A stretch of DNA of 64,000 nt from Octopus vulgaris (GCA_951406725.2 OX597822.1:99324001-99388000), one strand, 5' to 3'. Shown: positions 26,589-39,625, counted from the first letter of the stretch. Program-made: numbers and translations. Notes: generated by a model from the letters alone, not told the origin.

Positions 26589-27267
26589 ATAGATTAACTT
26601 TTAAGTCCCCAAATCCACTAACTTAGTAATGGATTTTGGGACTTAAATGTTCCAATCAAAATGTAAAGAATGAGTTTATGAACATATAAAAAAATGAAAG
26701 AAAAAAGCTGAATAGGAGAGATGGAAGTGGAGCCAAGAGAAGCAACAGCAGCAACCACTGCTGCCATCACCACACAAAAGGAGTACAAGAAAACTGACCG
26801 CTTAAAGACCACACCACATCTCATGGAATCAGATTTGCATTCTATTTTTAATCTTCAACAGCAAGAAGACTGGTTATTTATTGCTACAAGTCTATAAACT
26901 GTGCAACTGTCAATAATTCTGGATCGTTTTTATTGCATGCAGCCTGTTTTCATTTGTTTACTGGTTGCATAATGTGCGTGTGTGCATGTAGTCATGAACT
27001 TCTTAAAAATAGCCTCTGGCAGAATGATCTTTAAAATATGAACTAATCTATCATGTATATTGGTATTGATTACTTGTTTCTTGACTTTATTTACCTGATG
27101 TGTTGATGGCCAAATCATTTCATCATTGAGAAAAGCCTTAGTATGCATTTATCTGCTTTTTTTTTACACATAGCAGCTAAATTCTGCACAAATCCTACTC
27201 TACTGCCTTAATCCTTTAACATTTGAATTACTCTCTGAAATGTAATGCATATTTATTTACATTGCAT

Positions 27268-27835
27268 CACTGGTCTGGAATCCCTATCTTACCCAAGATA
27301 TTAATCGTCTGGAAGCTGTTCAGCAACGTGCAACCAAGAGAATACCCTCCATCAGGCATTTGCCATATTCTGAACGCCTTACTTCCCTGGGCATGGATAC
27401 ATTGAAACTCCGACGTCTGGCAGCTGACTTGGCAGACACCCATAAAATTATTAACCATCTTACAAACAATAACTCTGAACACCTTTTCAAACTCCACCTA
27501 TCTAACACCCATGGGCATGTTTACAAAGTCAGAAAACAGCACAGCTCCCATGACTTCAGGAAACATTTTTTTACGCTAAGAGTTGCTGAAGTATGGAACA
27601 AACTGCCGGCATCAGTTGTTAGTTGTCGGAGCACTGCATCCTTCAAAACTTCCATGCTTCCTGAGATTCGCCAACACTACACCTGATTTTCTCCCCTCCA
27701 TACACACGCAAGCATGTATCTGACTCATACACTGTTCACTTTCCAGACATTTGTACAGTACTGCATATGCTTTATACGCACTTTTGACAAGTTGTGGTGA
27801 ACCTGAGCACTGTGTACAATAATTTCATTATATTA
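27268..27835 (+). mobile_element. CR1/L2-group LINE, 5'-truncated 3' end
   Basis: VWNPYLTQDINRLEAVQQRATKRI...YSERLTSLGMDTLKLRRLAADL...FFTLRVAEVWNKLP, followed by a 3' UTR with an (ATT)-rich tail. Inserted in a MITE. A shorter, older copy lies at about 17255-17545. Confidence 0.88.
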
Positions 27836-29091
27836 TATTGTTTTGAATTAATCATGCATTATCTTGGGCAGAGTCAACATGCTGGGCAAAATGCTTAGTG
27901 GCCTTTCATTTGTCTTTAAGCTCTGCATTCAAATTCTGCCAAGTTCATCTTTCCCTTTCATCCTTTTGTGGTCAATAAAATAAGTACCAGTTGAGCACTG
28001 GGGCTGAAGTAATTGACTTAGCCCCTTCCCTGAAATTGGTAGCCTCGTGCCAAAATTTGAAATCATTACCTTGTATCCTTGACATTTTGATGCAGTAGTT
28101 GTTTATTTTTATATTGACATGGCTGGGTAGGTGTGAGAGGTCAGATCTGGCCAGTATCGATATAAACAAGTAGAATATTTTGGCCGGATATGGCTGGCTT
28201 AAATGCTAAAGGGTTAAAACGAGAAAGACACTTTGGATAATGTTGTCTTGAAAATAAGATGAGATGCCATGCTTGGAATGCCTGTCAGAAGCTTGCTTTA
28301 ACAGAGCTGACCAGGGGCTAAGCAACAACTGCTGCCACTCCAATTGCCACCACTATCAACTATAGGAACCTCTATCCCAACTTATTCTTGTCTGACCCAT
28401 GCTGGCATAGAAGGTTACACGTTAAAATGATGAAGATGGTGATGATGTAAATGTGATAGAATTTATAAGAATATACCAACAAGAAGAGCACAAATAAGTG
28501 ACCAGTAATTTACACACAAAGTAAAAGGAAAGAGAGGGAGGAGGAGAGAGGGGAGAAAGAAGGAGGGGAGATGAGGAGGGGGAGATTAATGATTATTAAA
28601 GTTTTAACATTCAATTAATAACTAAGAGAATATATTATAGCTTTTACATGATTTAAATAATTTTATTTTTAATTACAGGCAAACAAATTATTTTGAAATT
28701 ATGGATTCTAATAATGCCTGAAAACCAATGTAGCATACTGAGTTTAATAGTAAATGTAATTCTTGCAATCTAACATTGCAACCTGCCATTTTGTGCATAT
28801 GTTTTTCTCACACTGTATAATAATAATAATCCTTTCTACTATAGGCACAAGGCCTGAAGTTTGTTGGGGGAGGGGGATAGTCAATTACATTGACCCCCAG
28901 TACTTGACTGGTACTTAATTTATTGACCCTGATGGAATTTGAACTCAGAATGTAGTGGCAGATGAAATACTGCTAAGCATGTTGCCCAGCATGCTAATGA
29001 TTCTGTCAGCTTGCTGCCTTAACAGTAGTAGTAGTAATAGTAGTAGTAATAATAATAATAATAACATTAATAATAAATAAATAAAAGCTAA

Positions 29092-29597
29092 TAAACCGGA
29101 TAAATAAAAGCTAATAAACTGGATATCATTATAAAAGATCAGACAAAAAGGATGTGTTTATTAATTGACATGAGTATTCCTTGCGATCACACTATAGCGG
29201 CGAAAGAATTTGACACGATCAGTAGATATAAAGACTTGCTAATAGAAATTGAAAAAATGTGGCATCTCAAGGCGACTACAGTACCAGTGATTGTAGGAGC
29301 TCTAGGAATGATAAAAAAAAGGTACTGAAGCCTATTTGAAAATGATTCCAGGCTTACCATCGTTACAGGAAGTGCAAAAATCATGTTAACTGGAACGGCT
29401 CATGTACTGAGAAGAGCATTATTGCTGTGAAAACAACATCCATTCACAAATTTATTTATTAATTAATTTTTTTAAATACATATTTTACTTGTGAATTTGT
29501 GTGTATAATCTGGGAATGCATACAATGAGCTTCTCTGCCCTAGGTGTACGGAAAACACTCGGTGAGAAACGGAAGAAAATTTGAAGAAAGAAAGAAA
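29092..29597 (+). mobile_element. R4/Dong-type LINE 3' end (restriction-like endonuclease remnant plus 3' UTR)
   Basis: KANK.DIIIKD...LIDMSIPCD...YKDLLIEIEKMWHLK..VPVIVGALG. Begins directly after a (TAG/TAA)n tract. Confidence 0.85.
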
Positions 29598-29659
29598 AAT
29601 CTTGAGATTTGAGGGGGCTTGCTGTCGCCAAATTACAAGAGAAAAACCCTAATTAAATT

Positions 29660-31775
29660 ATCATGCACAAGTCAAATAATAGAAATCTCCTACAAAACCA
29701 CCACAACTGGACTGGCAAAATATCTTGAAGCAGCGAATGACTGGATGCTAAAGCTCGTTGAAAACCATGAAAGACGTAAGAAGCTTCATTCTGTTATGAA
29801 GGAGAGCAAAAAAATTTTAAGTGAGTCTATACATAATACCCAGGTTGAACAGCATGATGGAAGTGCAGCAACTGTAGCTGCAAAGAAGGTGAAACCAATA
29901 GCAAAGCAAAATACGCATAAACGATTGGCTGATAGGTGGGGACAAAAACCTCTGCATGGCAAATATGTGGCCCATAGCAAACAAGCTGATGTAGACCAGA
30001 AGCACACCCAACAGTGGCTATGGAGCTCAGGGCTAAAGGTAGGGATTGAAGGCTTTATTCTGGCTCCCCAAGATTAGAGCTTATTGACCTGGAACTATCA
30101 AGCCATCATCATCATCATCGTTTAACGTCCGCTTTCCATGCTAGCATGGGTTGGACGGTTCAACTGGGGTCTGGGAAGCCCGAAGGCTGCACCAGGCCAG
30201 TCAGATCTGGCAGTGTTTCTACAGCTGGATGCCCTTCCTAACGCCAACCACTCCGAGAGTGTAGTGGGTGATTTTATGTGCCACCGACACAGGTGCCAGA
30301 CGAGGCTGGCGAACGGCCATGCTCGGATGGTGTTTTTTACGTGCCACCGGCACGGAGGCCAGTCAATGCGGTACTGGCTATGGCCACGTTCGGATGGTTT
30401 TCGTATGTGCCACCACAAAACTACAAATTCCATTAATGTTCATCGAGTTTGCTTTTGATTTTGTCCATTTTCACTTGCCTCAACAGGTCTTCACAAGTAG
30501 AGTTATGTGTCCCAAGAAGGAAGGTATGCATAGGTGCACTGACTACGTTCCAGGTAGGGGCCATGGGTTATGGCCTCACTTGTCCAGCCGGGTCTTCTCA
30601 CGCACAGCATACTTCCAAAGGTCTGGGTCTCTAAAAATGGTGTAGACTCAAAGTGCAGATACTACAACGACAGGATTAAAACAGTGGATCACCTAATCTC
30701 TGGATGTAAAGTTTTAGTACCTGCTGAGTACAAATCAAGACATGACAGAGTTGGCCAATATATACATTGGACAACGTGTCAGTATTATAAAATCGAAACT
30801 GTTGACAAATGGTACAAGCACTACCCTGGGGCTGTAACCGAGGGAGAAAATGTAACTATTCTTTGGGACTTCCCAGTATGTACAAACTGGACTATCAAAG
30901 CAAATAAACCAGATATTGTTGTGAAAGACCAAAACAATGAAATCTGTTTATTGATTGACATGAGCATACCCTGTGATCATAAAATCTTGGCAAAAGAATT
31001 TGGTAAGCTCAGAAAATATAAAGATTTGCTAAACAAAATCGAAAAGATGTGGCATCTCAAGATGGTTACAATACCAGTGATTGTAAGAGCACGTGGCATG
31101 ATAAAAAAAGAAACCAAAAATTATTTAAGGATGTGGCCGATGCCAGCACCGCCCCGACTGGCTTCTGTGCAGGTGGCACATAAAAAGCACCAACCGACCG
31201 TGGCCAATGCCAGACCCCTCTGGCACCTGTGCAGGTGGCACGTAAAAAGCACCCACTACACTCGCGGAGTGGTTGGCGTTAGGAAGGGCATCCAGCTGTA
31301 GAAACACTGCCAGACCAGACTGGAGCAGCCCCTGGCTCCCCAGACCCCGGTCAAACCGTCCAACCCGTGCTAGCGCGGAAAACGGACGTTAAACGATGAT
31401 GATCCCCGGTTTACCATCCATGCAGGAAGTGCAAAAGATTGTCTTAACTGGTACATCACACATACTGAGAAGAGCATTGTTGCTGTGAATTTTCTTTCCC
31501 CCCCCCCTTTATTCTATTCTTTTACTCTTTTAACCGTTTCAGTTATTTGACTGCGGCCATGCTGGAGCACTGCCTTGTTAACTTTTTTAATGTTGCCTTT
31601 TTCTTTCTGTGTTGCCTCTTTTCTCTATCACATGACTTTGTAAATGAACAATCTGGTGTGTTTATTTTAATGGCCTACCAATGTATACAGTACATTTCTC
31701 TGCCCTAGGTGTCAGGAAGGCACTCAGCAAGAAATGGAAACAGATTTGGAAAATGCTAATGAAAAGAAGAAGAAA
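29660..31775 (+). mobile_element. R4/Dong-type LINE 3' fragment (zinc knuckle plus RLE endonuclease), interrupted by two RTE-tail insertions
   Basis: KPLHGKY, EGFILAPQD, CR...TVDHLISGC, RHD, ILWD, NKPDIVV, DMSIP and K..KY motifs. Insertions at about 30104-30628 and 31131-31402. The 3' UTR resembles 29430-29597. Confidence 0.87.
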
Positions 31776-32126
31776 AAAAAAATTGAAATATTGAAAATTT
31801 CTAACAAAAAAAAAAAAAGCAAAAATATTTCGCAATGCCCCGTAAATTAACATTGATTTTTAACTGAATCAATCAATATATTCCAAAATCCTAATAACCT
31901 CACATAAAACATTACATAAAAAAAAAAAAAAAAAAAGGAAAACTGCACTATTCTGTACTTTAAAGATGTAAATTCACATTTGTTTCTTAGCCTTAAAGGT
32001 GATATTTTATGAAAACCCGAATCGACTTCAAGTGATTTCTGATATTTGATTTATTGATTCTTGAACAACATGAAGTAAACCTACCTTCATAGGATTTGAA
32101 CTCAAATCAGTACATCAGTAAATAAA

Positions 32127-32860
32127 TTAATTAAAGGCACACTAGGTAATGATGATTAAAATAAAACTGTGTGCATTTATATACTTAACATGTTTCTGTA
32201 TACTCAAATGTACAAAGATCTTTGCAGTGATATTTGTATCAGAAGACAAATTCTCTTTATAGACCAAGTGCGTGAAATAATAATGTCACGCAAGTGAATA
32301 ATGTCAATGGACAGCAGGTTATATGTTTCTGCCTCGTTAAACTTCATCAGCTATGGACAATGAATCCATCATTCATAAACCATTAAGAACTGCCCTTCTC
32401 ATATGTAAAAAACAAATAATAATTTTGGTAGCATCTGCAAAACTTTGTCAAACTAGAATGAATTCATTAGAAGCACTCTGTAGCAAAGATTGAAGCTAAG
32501 TACAAAAAATATATATTTAACGTGTTCATGAACATAATATATACTTAACATGTTTATGTACACACAAATGTAGAAAGACCTCTGCTATGGTAATTGCTTC
32601 AGAAGAGGAAGTCTTATAGACAATATGTGTGAAAATACACTGAACTCTGCTCCGAATGACATTGAATTGTATGATATGTGTTTCTGTGTCATCACACTTC
32701 ATCAGTTACATACATCAACTCTATCAGTCAGAGCCTACTCAGAATAGTTATTTTACGTAAACAGAAAATAATAAATTTGCTGGTGTGTGCTAGGCTTTGT
32801 TAAGCTGGAATTAATTAAAGGCACAAAGCAGTAATAATAAAAAATACAGTCATGTACATT
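32127..32860. repeat. Diverged ~360-bp tandem duplication retaining hammerhead core boxes
   Basis: ATATACTTAACATGTTT occurs at 32179 and 32539. GTTTC...CTTCATCAG occurs at 32325-32350 and 32680-32705. TTAATTAAAGGCAC occurs near 32127 and 32810. Confidence 0.7.
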
Positions 32861-35800
32861 CAGAGTTAATCAGAAAAAGGGTTGACAGTGGCCATCACCT
32901 TTGCAGGCCCTCCCAAATTACAGCGCTGCCATCCTCCTAAGCATAAATCTTACCTTTGATGGACAGAATTTGATTTATAAACATTTTTATGATTGATAGC
33001 AATTTTATTAATGAGGAAATGAGAATAGTAGAGATAACGAGACACTGAGTTAAAATGAATTTAGTCCAGCTTTGAACTGTGTTAATTATACTGCCTTTGT
33101 TTCAAAGCAAAGGCACATAAAGCCATGATTAATACGTCATAAACTAATTACTGATAAGCCTGTATCCAAAATGTATTGTTTTATTACTTCAGACACACCT
33201 ATCCATACCTTGCAGTAATCTGAATGAAGTTACAAATTTATGGCTGGAACTGATAATACTTTAGAATTTGTGATTTTCGTGGAACAGAAGTAAACTCCAG
33301 GCAAGCAAATTTTATGTTTCAGTTTTGATTCCAGATGAAAGTAAGTACACTTCACACTTGGGAAAAGCAGAAACATTATAAATATTCTATTATTTTTTTT
33401 CCCCCCTAGGAGTGAGAAAGGGATCGACTTCAGTATGTAAAATATATTGCTAAAACTCAAGGATTCTAGATGTGATTCGATAAGAGGAGGAAAAGGAGGA
33501 GGAGGAGCCGCCACCACCACCATCAGTCTATTTTACTATGCTGGCATGGGTTTCACAGCATCTCACCATGTGATGTAGTTCTTTGCCAAGTAGCACACAT
33601 AGCAACAGAGAAAAGCCAACCAACTTTCTTGTCATGGGTGTTGTTTTTGGAGGGATAGGGACAGCTTTTCAGGTTGGATTCCCTTCCTATCATTAACAAC
33701 TTTACAGTATAGATAGGGTGAATTATACTACCAATAACAGCAAAGAGCTCCTATCTTATATTAGTTCATATTCAAATCACTCCTCTTTGATGATGTGGGT
33801 TGCAGAGTTTTCACATCCTATTTGTCCATAGTATTAAAATAAAATGCATAGCCTAAACACAAACTACAGTTTCCCTACTCTTTTCCTCACACTGAACTTA
33901 TCAGAATTTAGTGTGAGAAAAAAAATTGAGAAACAATGCTTTTCTGAAACTACCTCTATAATTTAAAGGAATGAGAAAAGCCACATTGACAACTCATGAT
34001 AAATATTGTTCACAGTATTAGAAATAGAATTAATTGGTGATTACTTCTCTGTCAAGAAGCTGAACTGCTGGGAACCTTAGCCTTTTTTTCTACGGTGATC
34101 ACAAATTAAATTCTAAATATCACAAATATAAAATCTATCAAAGTCAAAGAAATAATTGAGTTTTCTTGTAACCAAATTAAATATGAAAACATTTACAAAG
34201 GGCTTGTTACCTTCTAAACTATTGCTATCATACTTATTTAAATGAGCTTATAAATTTATATAATACATGAAGAAACTAGCTTTAGATAGGTCAGTAATGT
34301 TAGGTTGGTTCCTAAAAGAACAGCAACATCTGGGAGATCAAACCAATCTAGATCAAGTTACAATAAACAATTCTGTGGCTTACAGCACTGAATTAATCCC
34401 CAAATTTTTCTGTACTGCTTAAAGTTAACTTTATGATCATTGCTAATTACACACACAGCTCCCATTAATGAAAATTTTCACCAGAGAATTCAATTAGACA
34501 CTGACAACCTATCATTAGAGGCACAAATGTGAAAACACTACAAGATTAACTAGTTTCAACCCCAATTTCCTATGAGGAAACCACTTTACAGTGTAACTTT
34601 CTAGAAAGAACTTCCAGGACCTACAACGATTCAATGTATGCTACAATTCAATATCTTCAGCAACACCAAATATGCTCAAAGTACACTTAATTCTACTAAA
34701 AAAAGCAAAGAAACTTGGTTTTGTATCTTTAGAACCAAGAGACATTTCAGTGGTTTATTCTTTGCAAGACTCAAATCAACTTCACAGTGGAATGATATTA
34801 CCAAGTAAACATGTACATCTGTACATTGATTGTTGTTGCTTCGACCCCAGATCAGACCTGATCAAAAATACCTTATTATCAAAGGTATTCCAGTTCTGAC
34901 CATCCCTTCAGATAGATGCTTAGCAATATATTATCTAATATTTCTTTTCTTTACTTAAGACAACACGGTAAGTTTTGTAGTAAGTTTGGCTGCTATTTCT
35001 TGCAAGGTGAAGGAACACATAGAAGATAGTGTGCAGGGGGATTTTCTAATACCAAGGGTGAATTACAAATGCATAAGAACCAGTCCCTGTTGAGAAAAAA
35101 AATGGTTCTTTAATTATACTAATCCATAGGTAGAATATAATACACCAAGCTAGTGGAGGTGCAAGTGTGTGAGGTAGAGAAGTTCACTTTCGAACAACAT
35201 GGTTACAAGTTCAGTCTCACTGCATGGCACCTTGGGCAAGTGTCTTCTCTTATAGCTGTAGCTAATCAAAGCCTTATAAATGGATTTGGTAGACAAAAAC
35301 TGAAAGATTTTTTTTATCACACACACACATATATATATCCTTGTCTTGACATCATATGATAATTCTAAGTAAATGTCACCATCATAAATATGGTGTCCTT
35401 CTTTTTGAATCTTCCATGAAAACATGTTTGATGTGGTGAAATATTATTTTGCTTGGAAACAAGTGAGGGTCGGTGACACGAAGGCATCTGACCATAGAAA
35501 ATCTGTCTTGGTAAATTTCATCTCACCCATATAAGCATGCAAAACTAGGCATTAAACAATGATGATGATGAATTAATGGAATGGCTGTGTGGTAAGTAGC
35601 TTGCTTACCAACCACATGGTTCCAGGTTCAGTCCCCACTGTGGCACCTTGGGCAAGTGTCTTCTACTATAGTCTCGGGCTGACCAAAGCCCTGCGAGTGG
35701 ATTTGGTAGATGGAAACTGAAAGAAGCTTGTCGTATATATGTATATGTATGTGTGTGTGTGTTTGTATGTCTGTGTTTGTCCCTCCAACATCGCTTGACA

Positions 35801-37862
35801 ACTGACGCAGGTGTGTCTACGTCCCCGTAACTTAGTGGTTCGGCAAAAGAGACTGATAGAATAAGTACTAGGCTTATAATGAATAAGTCCGGGGTCGATT
35901 TGTTCATCTAAAGGCGGTGCCCCAGCATGGCCACAGTCAAATGACTGAAACAAGTAAAAGAGTAAAAGAGGAGGTCAAAGCAGAGAAAGAATTTGAATTT
36001 AAAATGGAAAGATTCTTTTACAATGAGATTACATTATATCCTGGTTACCAAATACACTTGAAATTGCAATTTTAAAGAAAACACAGGTGGGTGGGGAAAT
36101 AATTTATGAATTTTCTTTCTCCAAACACCTGCACCAACCATACACAAATCAACAAGGGAATTAAGATGTGGTCACTTGACCTGCTAGAAATGGCAGCCAA
36201 ATCACTTAAAATGAAATCCAACCATTTTAGATTTTAAAAAAAATGAATGTATTAGATCATGTAGTACTACTAACCTCTGAAAAGAAAAGCCAGGCATAGT
36301 AGGAGTGCCTTTGATCATAGGTCTGAGAGATCAATGTTGACTTAACTAAAGAGCAGCAGCAGCAGCAACAACAACAACACCATCAAATCATGCAAAATAA
36401 TTGCTCACCCTCCCCTCCACCACTATTACATTCTGTTTTAAAAAAACTATATAACAAGTTTGTTGTTATGCTCAAAGTGCTATATAGTCATTATCCAAGA
36501 TCACATTCAAAGAAAGTCAATATGTTCAGTCAATAAATCTTCTCTTTTAAGTGATAGGGATGTTACATCTTTTTTATTACCTATATTTAATTGCTCTTCA
36601 GAACTGCTTAATTCCCACATCCATTTCAGCATTGTTAATATATGCCAGCCTCTACACTTCACATCACTTCACATCACCTACATTACCAATCTTTCATTGC
36701 AACGAATGCACCTCAGTAAAATTTTTAGTCTTCTCAAATATTTTCCCTCTTACTAATATTACCATCTAGCTCATTATCTTCCAATATGGGGCCAGCCCAC
36801 TGCCTGTTACCACATACTTTTTTTAATCAGGTTATTTCATAGGGTGTTGGTAATATCCTTCATTTTTGGTGAGGAAATGTTATTAAAGAAATATATTTCC
36901 ACTCTAATGGCTGTATGGTTAAGAAGCTTGCTTTGCATTCATGTGGCTTTGGGTTCAGTCCCACTGTGGAGCACCTTCTACTATAGCCCCAGGTCAACCA
37001 ATATGTTGTGAGTGAATTTAGTAGACAGAAACTGTGAAAGGAAAGCTTATTGTATAACATCATCATCCTCATTTAATGCCCATGTTCCAAGCTAGCATGG
37101 ATTGGATGATTTATGTATACATGAAGGCACCAACCACCCAGCAGAGTGGACAATCAATCAATCAATCCATCAATCAATCCATCAATCCATCCATCCATAC
37201 ATACATCCATACATTCATACATACATGTAATACATTAAAAGTGAGCTTGAATCTTGCTTGCTTGCAATGTTACCCAACCAAACTGGCACATAATGGGAAA
37301 ATACTATGAATTAATTTTCTCCAGAAATGTGAATACAAACGGAATAAAACAAGTTTTGAGTAGATCGGACAACTGGTTATTGAGATATTAGGGGCTTCTG
37401 GGGTATAAATACCCAAAATGGTGCACAATGGGAAAATACTCCGAAAATAAGTTAATCCTGAAAGGAAAGAATCTCTGACCTTTTGATTAGAAATAGTGAC
37501 TTGACAATGAGAAAATATTTGTTTTTTACAGTAAATGTTTCTATTTTCGCTTTTGTTAAACACAATATTTTAATTATTTAGAATTATTTTAAAGTGAATG
37601 TAATTTCAAAAATGTAAGTTGTTTGTACAGTAAGTATTTATATTTTAGCTTTCTTTAAAGAGACAATATTTTAATGTTTTTTCAAATTATTTTCAAGTGA
37701 ATACCATTCCAAAAATTCTTTTGGTATATTTAAAAAACATTTTAAAGTGAAAATGACTTTAAAAATATAGTAGATATTTCGTAAAAGACCTGTTTGTAAC
37801 CTTGGTGTGAAATAATTTTTTCCATATGTTTTTTCCAAGTGCATTCAACGTGTCTCACCTCC

Positions 37863-37981
37863 AAAGATTAGGTTGCTATTTCTAGCACACCCTGCTACCA
37901 CGTAACAGCTATTTGCGATAAAGGACCCAAAATACCTGTTATGTGGTAGCAGGGCGTGCAAGAAATAGCAGCCAAATCTTT
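37863..37981. repeat. Inverted repeat (~52-bp arms)
   Basis: AAAGATTAGGTTGCTATTTCTAGCACACCCTGCTACCACGTAACAGCTATTT pairs with 37930-37981 with few mismatches. Confidence 0.8.
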
Positions 37982-38598
37982 CCTTTTCTGGGGAAAGGAG
38001 CTGTTTACACATGATTTCGATGTCACATTCGTTGAAAGTATGTATAAAAACCTGGAAAAACCATGAAGCAAAACTCTATTGCTGGGAAACTCAGACTTTC
38101 CTGGTGAACCAATCGGTCACAGGTAGTCTACTATATATATATATATATATATATACATACATATATATATATATACATACGTGACAATGTTTCACACAGT
38201 TTCCATCTACCAAATTCACTCTCAAGACATTTGTTGGCCTGGGGTTACAGTAGAAGACATTTGCTGAATTGAACTCAAAACCATGTGGCTGCAAAGTGAG
38301 CTTCTTAACCACACAGCTACACCATGAACTTTTTATTAAATATATCAAAACTACAAAGGGGAAATTAGCTCATGGGAAATTGTGGAATTCTACATCTGCC
38401 AGACTATACTGACACAAAATACAAAGGAATACTTATATCATCAAGTAAATTGATCTAAAGACCAAATGAAAAAAATAAAAAAACAATAGAGATTCTTCTA
38501 AAATTAGCACAATTGTTGGTAAAAACAACATATTGTAAACAAACTTTTTTCGTTTTCAGAAGTGTCAAATGTATTTTGTATTAAACAGACAAGAAAGT

Positions 38599-39006
38599 TA
38601 TGTTTATATATTTGTTTTGCAAGATTTTTGATGTGAAATCGTGTGTTGAAACAGATGTTGTATTTAGGAATGGTCATTTTGCCAGTTTAGCCAATAAAAA
38701 CACATACACTATATATTTGGTGTTACTTTGCTTCAGCGTTATTTATTTTTTACATTAGACACATTGTTTAATAAACTGAAACTGTTGAGTCGTCACGGTT
38801 TTCCGTAGGCAACTAAATACAGTGTCCTTCAGCTTCTTGCTAGCCTGGCTATGGTTCACGTTGTTACAGGAGTGTGACGAAAGAACTCTGGCGGAAATAA
38901 GATTAATATAAAAAATAAATAACGCTGAAGCAAAGTAACACTAATTATATAGTGTGTGTGTTTTTATTGGCTAAACTGGCAAAACGACCATTCCGAAATA
39001 CAACAA
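38599..39006. mobile_element. Inverted-repeat cassette with 12-bp TSD (Penelope-like architecture)
   Basis: Arms of ~100 bp (38656-38757 and 38904-39005), flanked by the direct repeat AGACAAGAAAGT at 38587-38598 and 39007-39018. Confidence 0.55.
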
Positions 39007-39453
39007 AGACAAGAAAGTATTATTTTGAATGCAGTATAATTGTGAACACAGCAGAAAGATTGGATATTTTGCCCTTATAAGATGGAAAAAGTTATCAGCA
39101 GACAGCCATGGGACTCAAACTCGCATCCCTCAGAAACCAGCTGAGTACTCCACCATTAAGTTAAACTCCCCACTGACAACAATCTCGGTCAAATTAAATG
39201 CTAAATATCATAGCTTTTTTTGGAATGCAACAACACACAGCAAAGAAAGTGTTTTTAGTTGTTGGAAGTATTGTCAACTTTTTCTGTCTTATAAGGGTAA
39301 AATATCCAATCTTTCTACTGTTTTCATGGCTATACTGTATTCGGAACATTACTTTCTTGTATGTTTAATAGCTTGAAAATAATCACAGTAATTAAGTATC
39401 ATAATTTGGTGATAAAGTAAATTGGATTTGAATAGAAAACAATGTTTATGTAC

Positions 39454-39625
39454 TTATGCATATCTTCTGCTGGCTGATGTACTTCTCTAACTTTTTCCGC
39501 AATAAAATTTCGCCACCATATTTGCCCACAGTCCCATTGTCAATGAGGAGGAAGTACGAGTGATTACTATTCAGAACGGCACAGTTGGTCTTAGGGGATG
39601 ATACACAATGGTAAGGAACAATTTT
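39454..39625 (-). CDS. TRPM3: TRPM1/3-like channel, internal exon C
   Basis: 172 nt, bounded by tttcAG and GTacat, phase 0 to 1. Translates KIVPYHCVSSPKTNCAVLNSNHSYFLLIDNGTVGKYGGEILLRKKLEKYISQQKICI(N), matching the TRPM motif LNxxHSxFxLxDNGTxGKYG. Confidence 0.95.

Noticed and set aside
28525-28585. Purine-rich G tract as a functional G-quadruplex or triplex
   Set aside because: Low-complexity (GA/GGA)n with no additional support.
30570-31301. 243-aa ORF as a host gene
   Set aside because: Chimeric reading across an RTE tail, a decayed R4/Dong endonuclease region and another RTE tail.
33209-33219. 11-nt AG/GT-bounded microexon candidate on the minus strand
   Set aside because: Frameshifting and unsupported. 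Exons C and D already join in frame.
38348-38368. miR-204/211-like sequence (minus strand UUCCCCUUUGUAG)
   Set aside because: Seed mismatch, no 3' similarity and no hairpin. Chance match.
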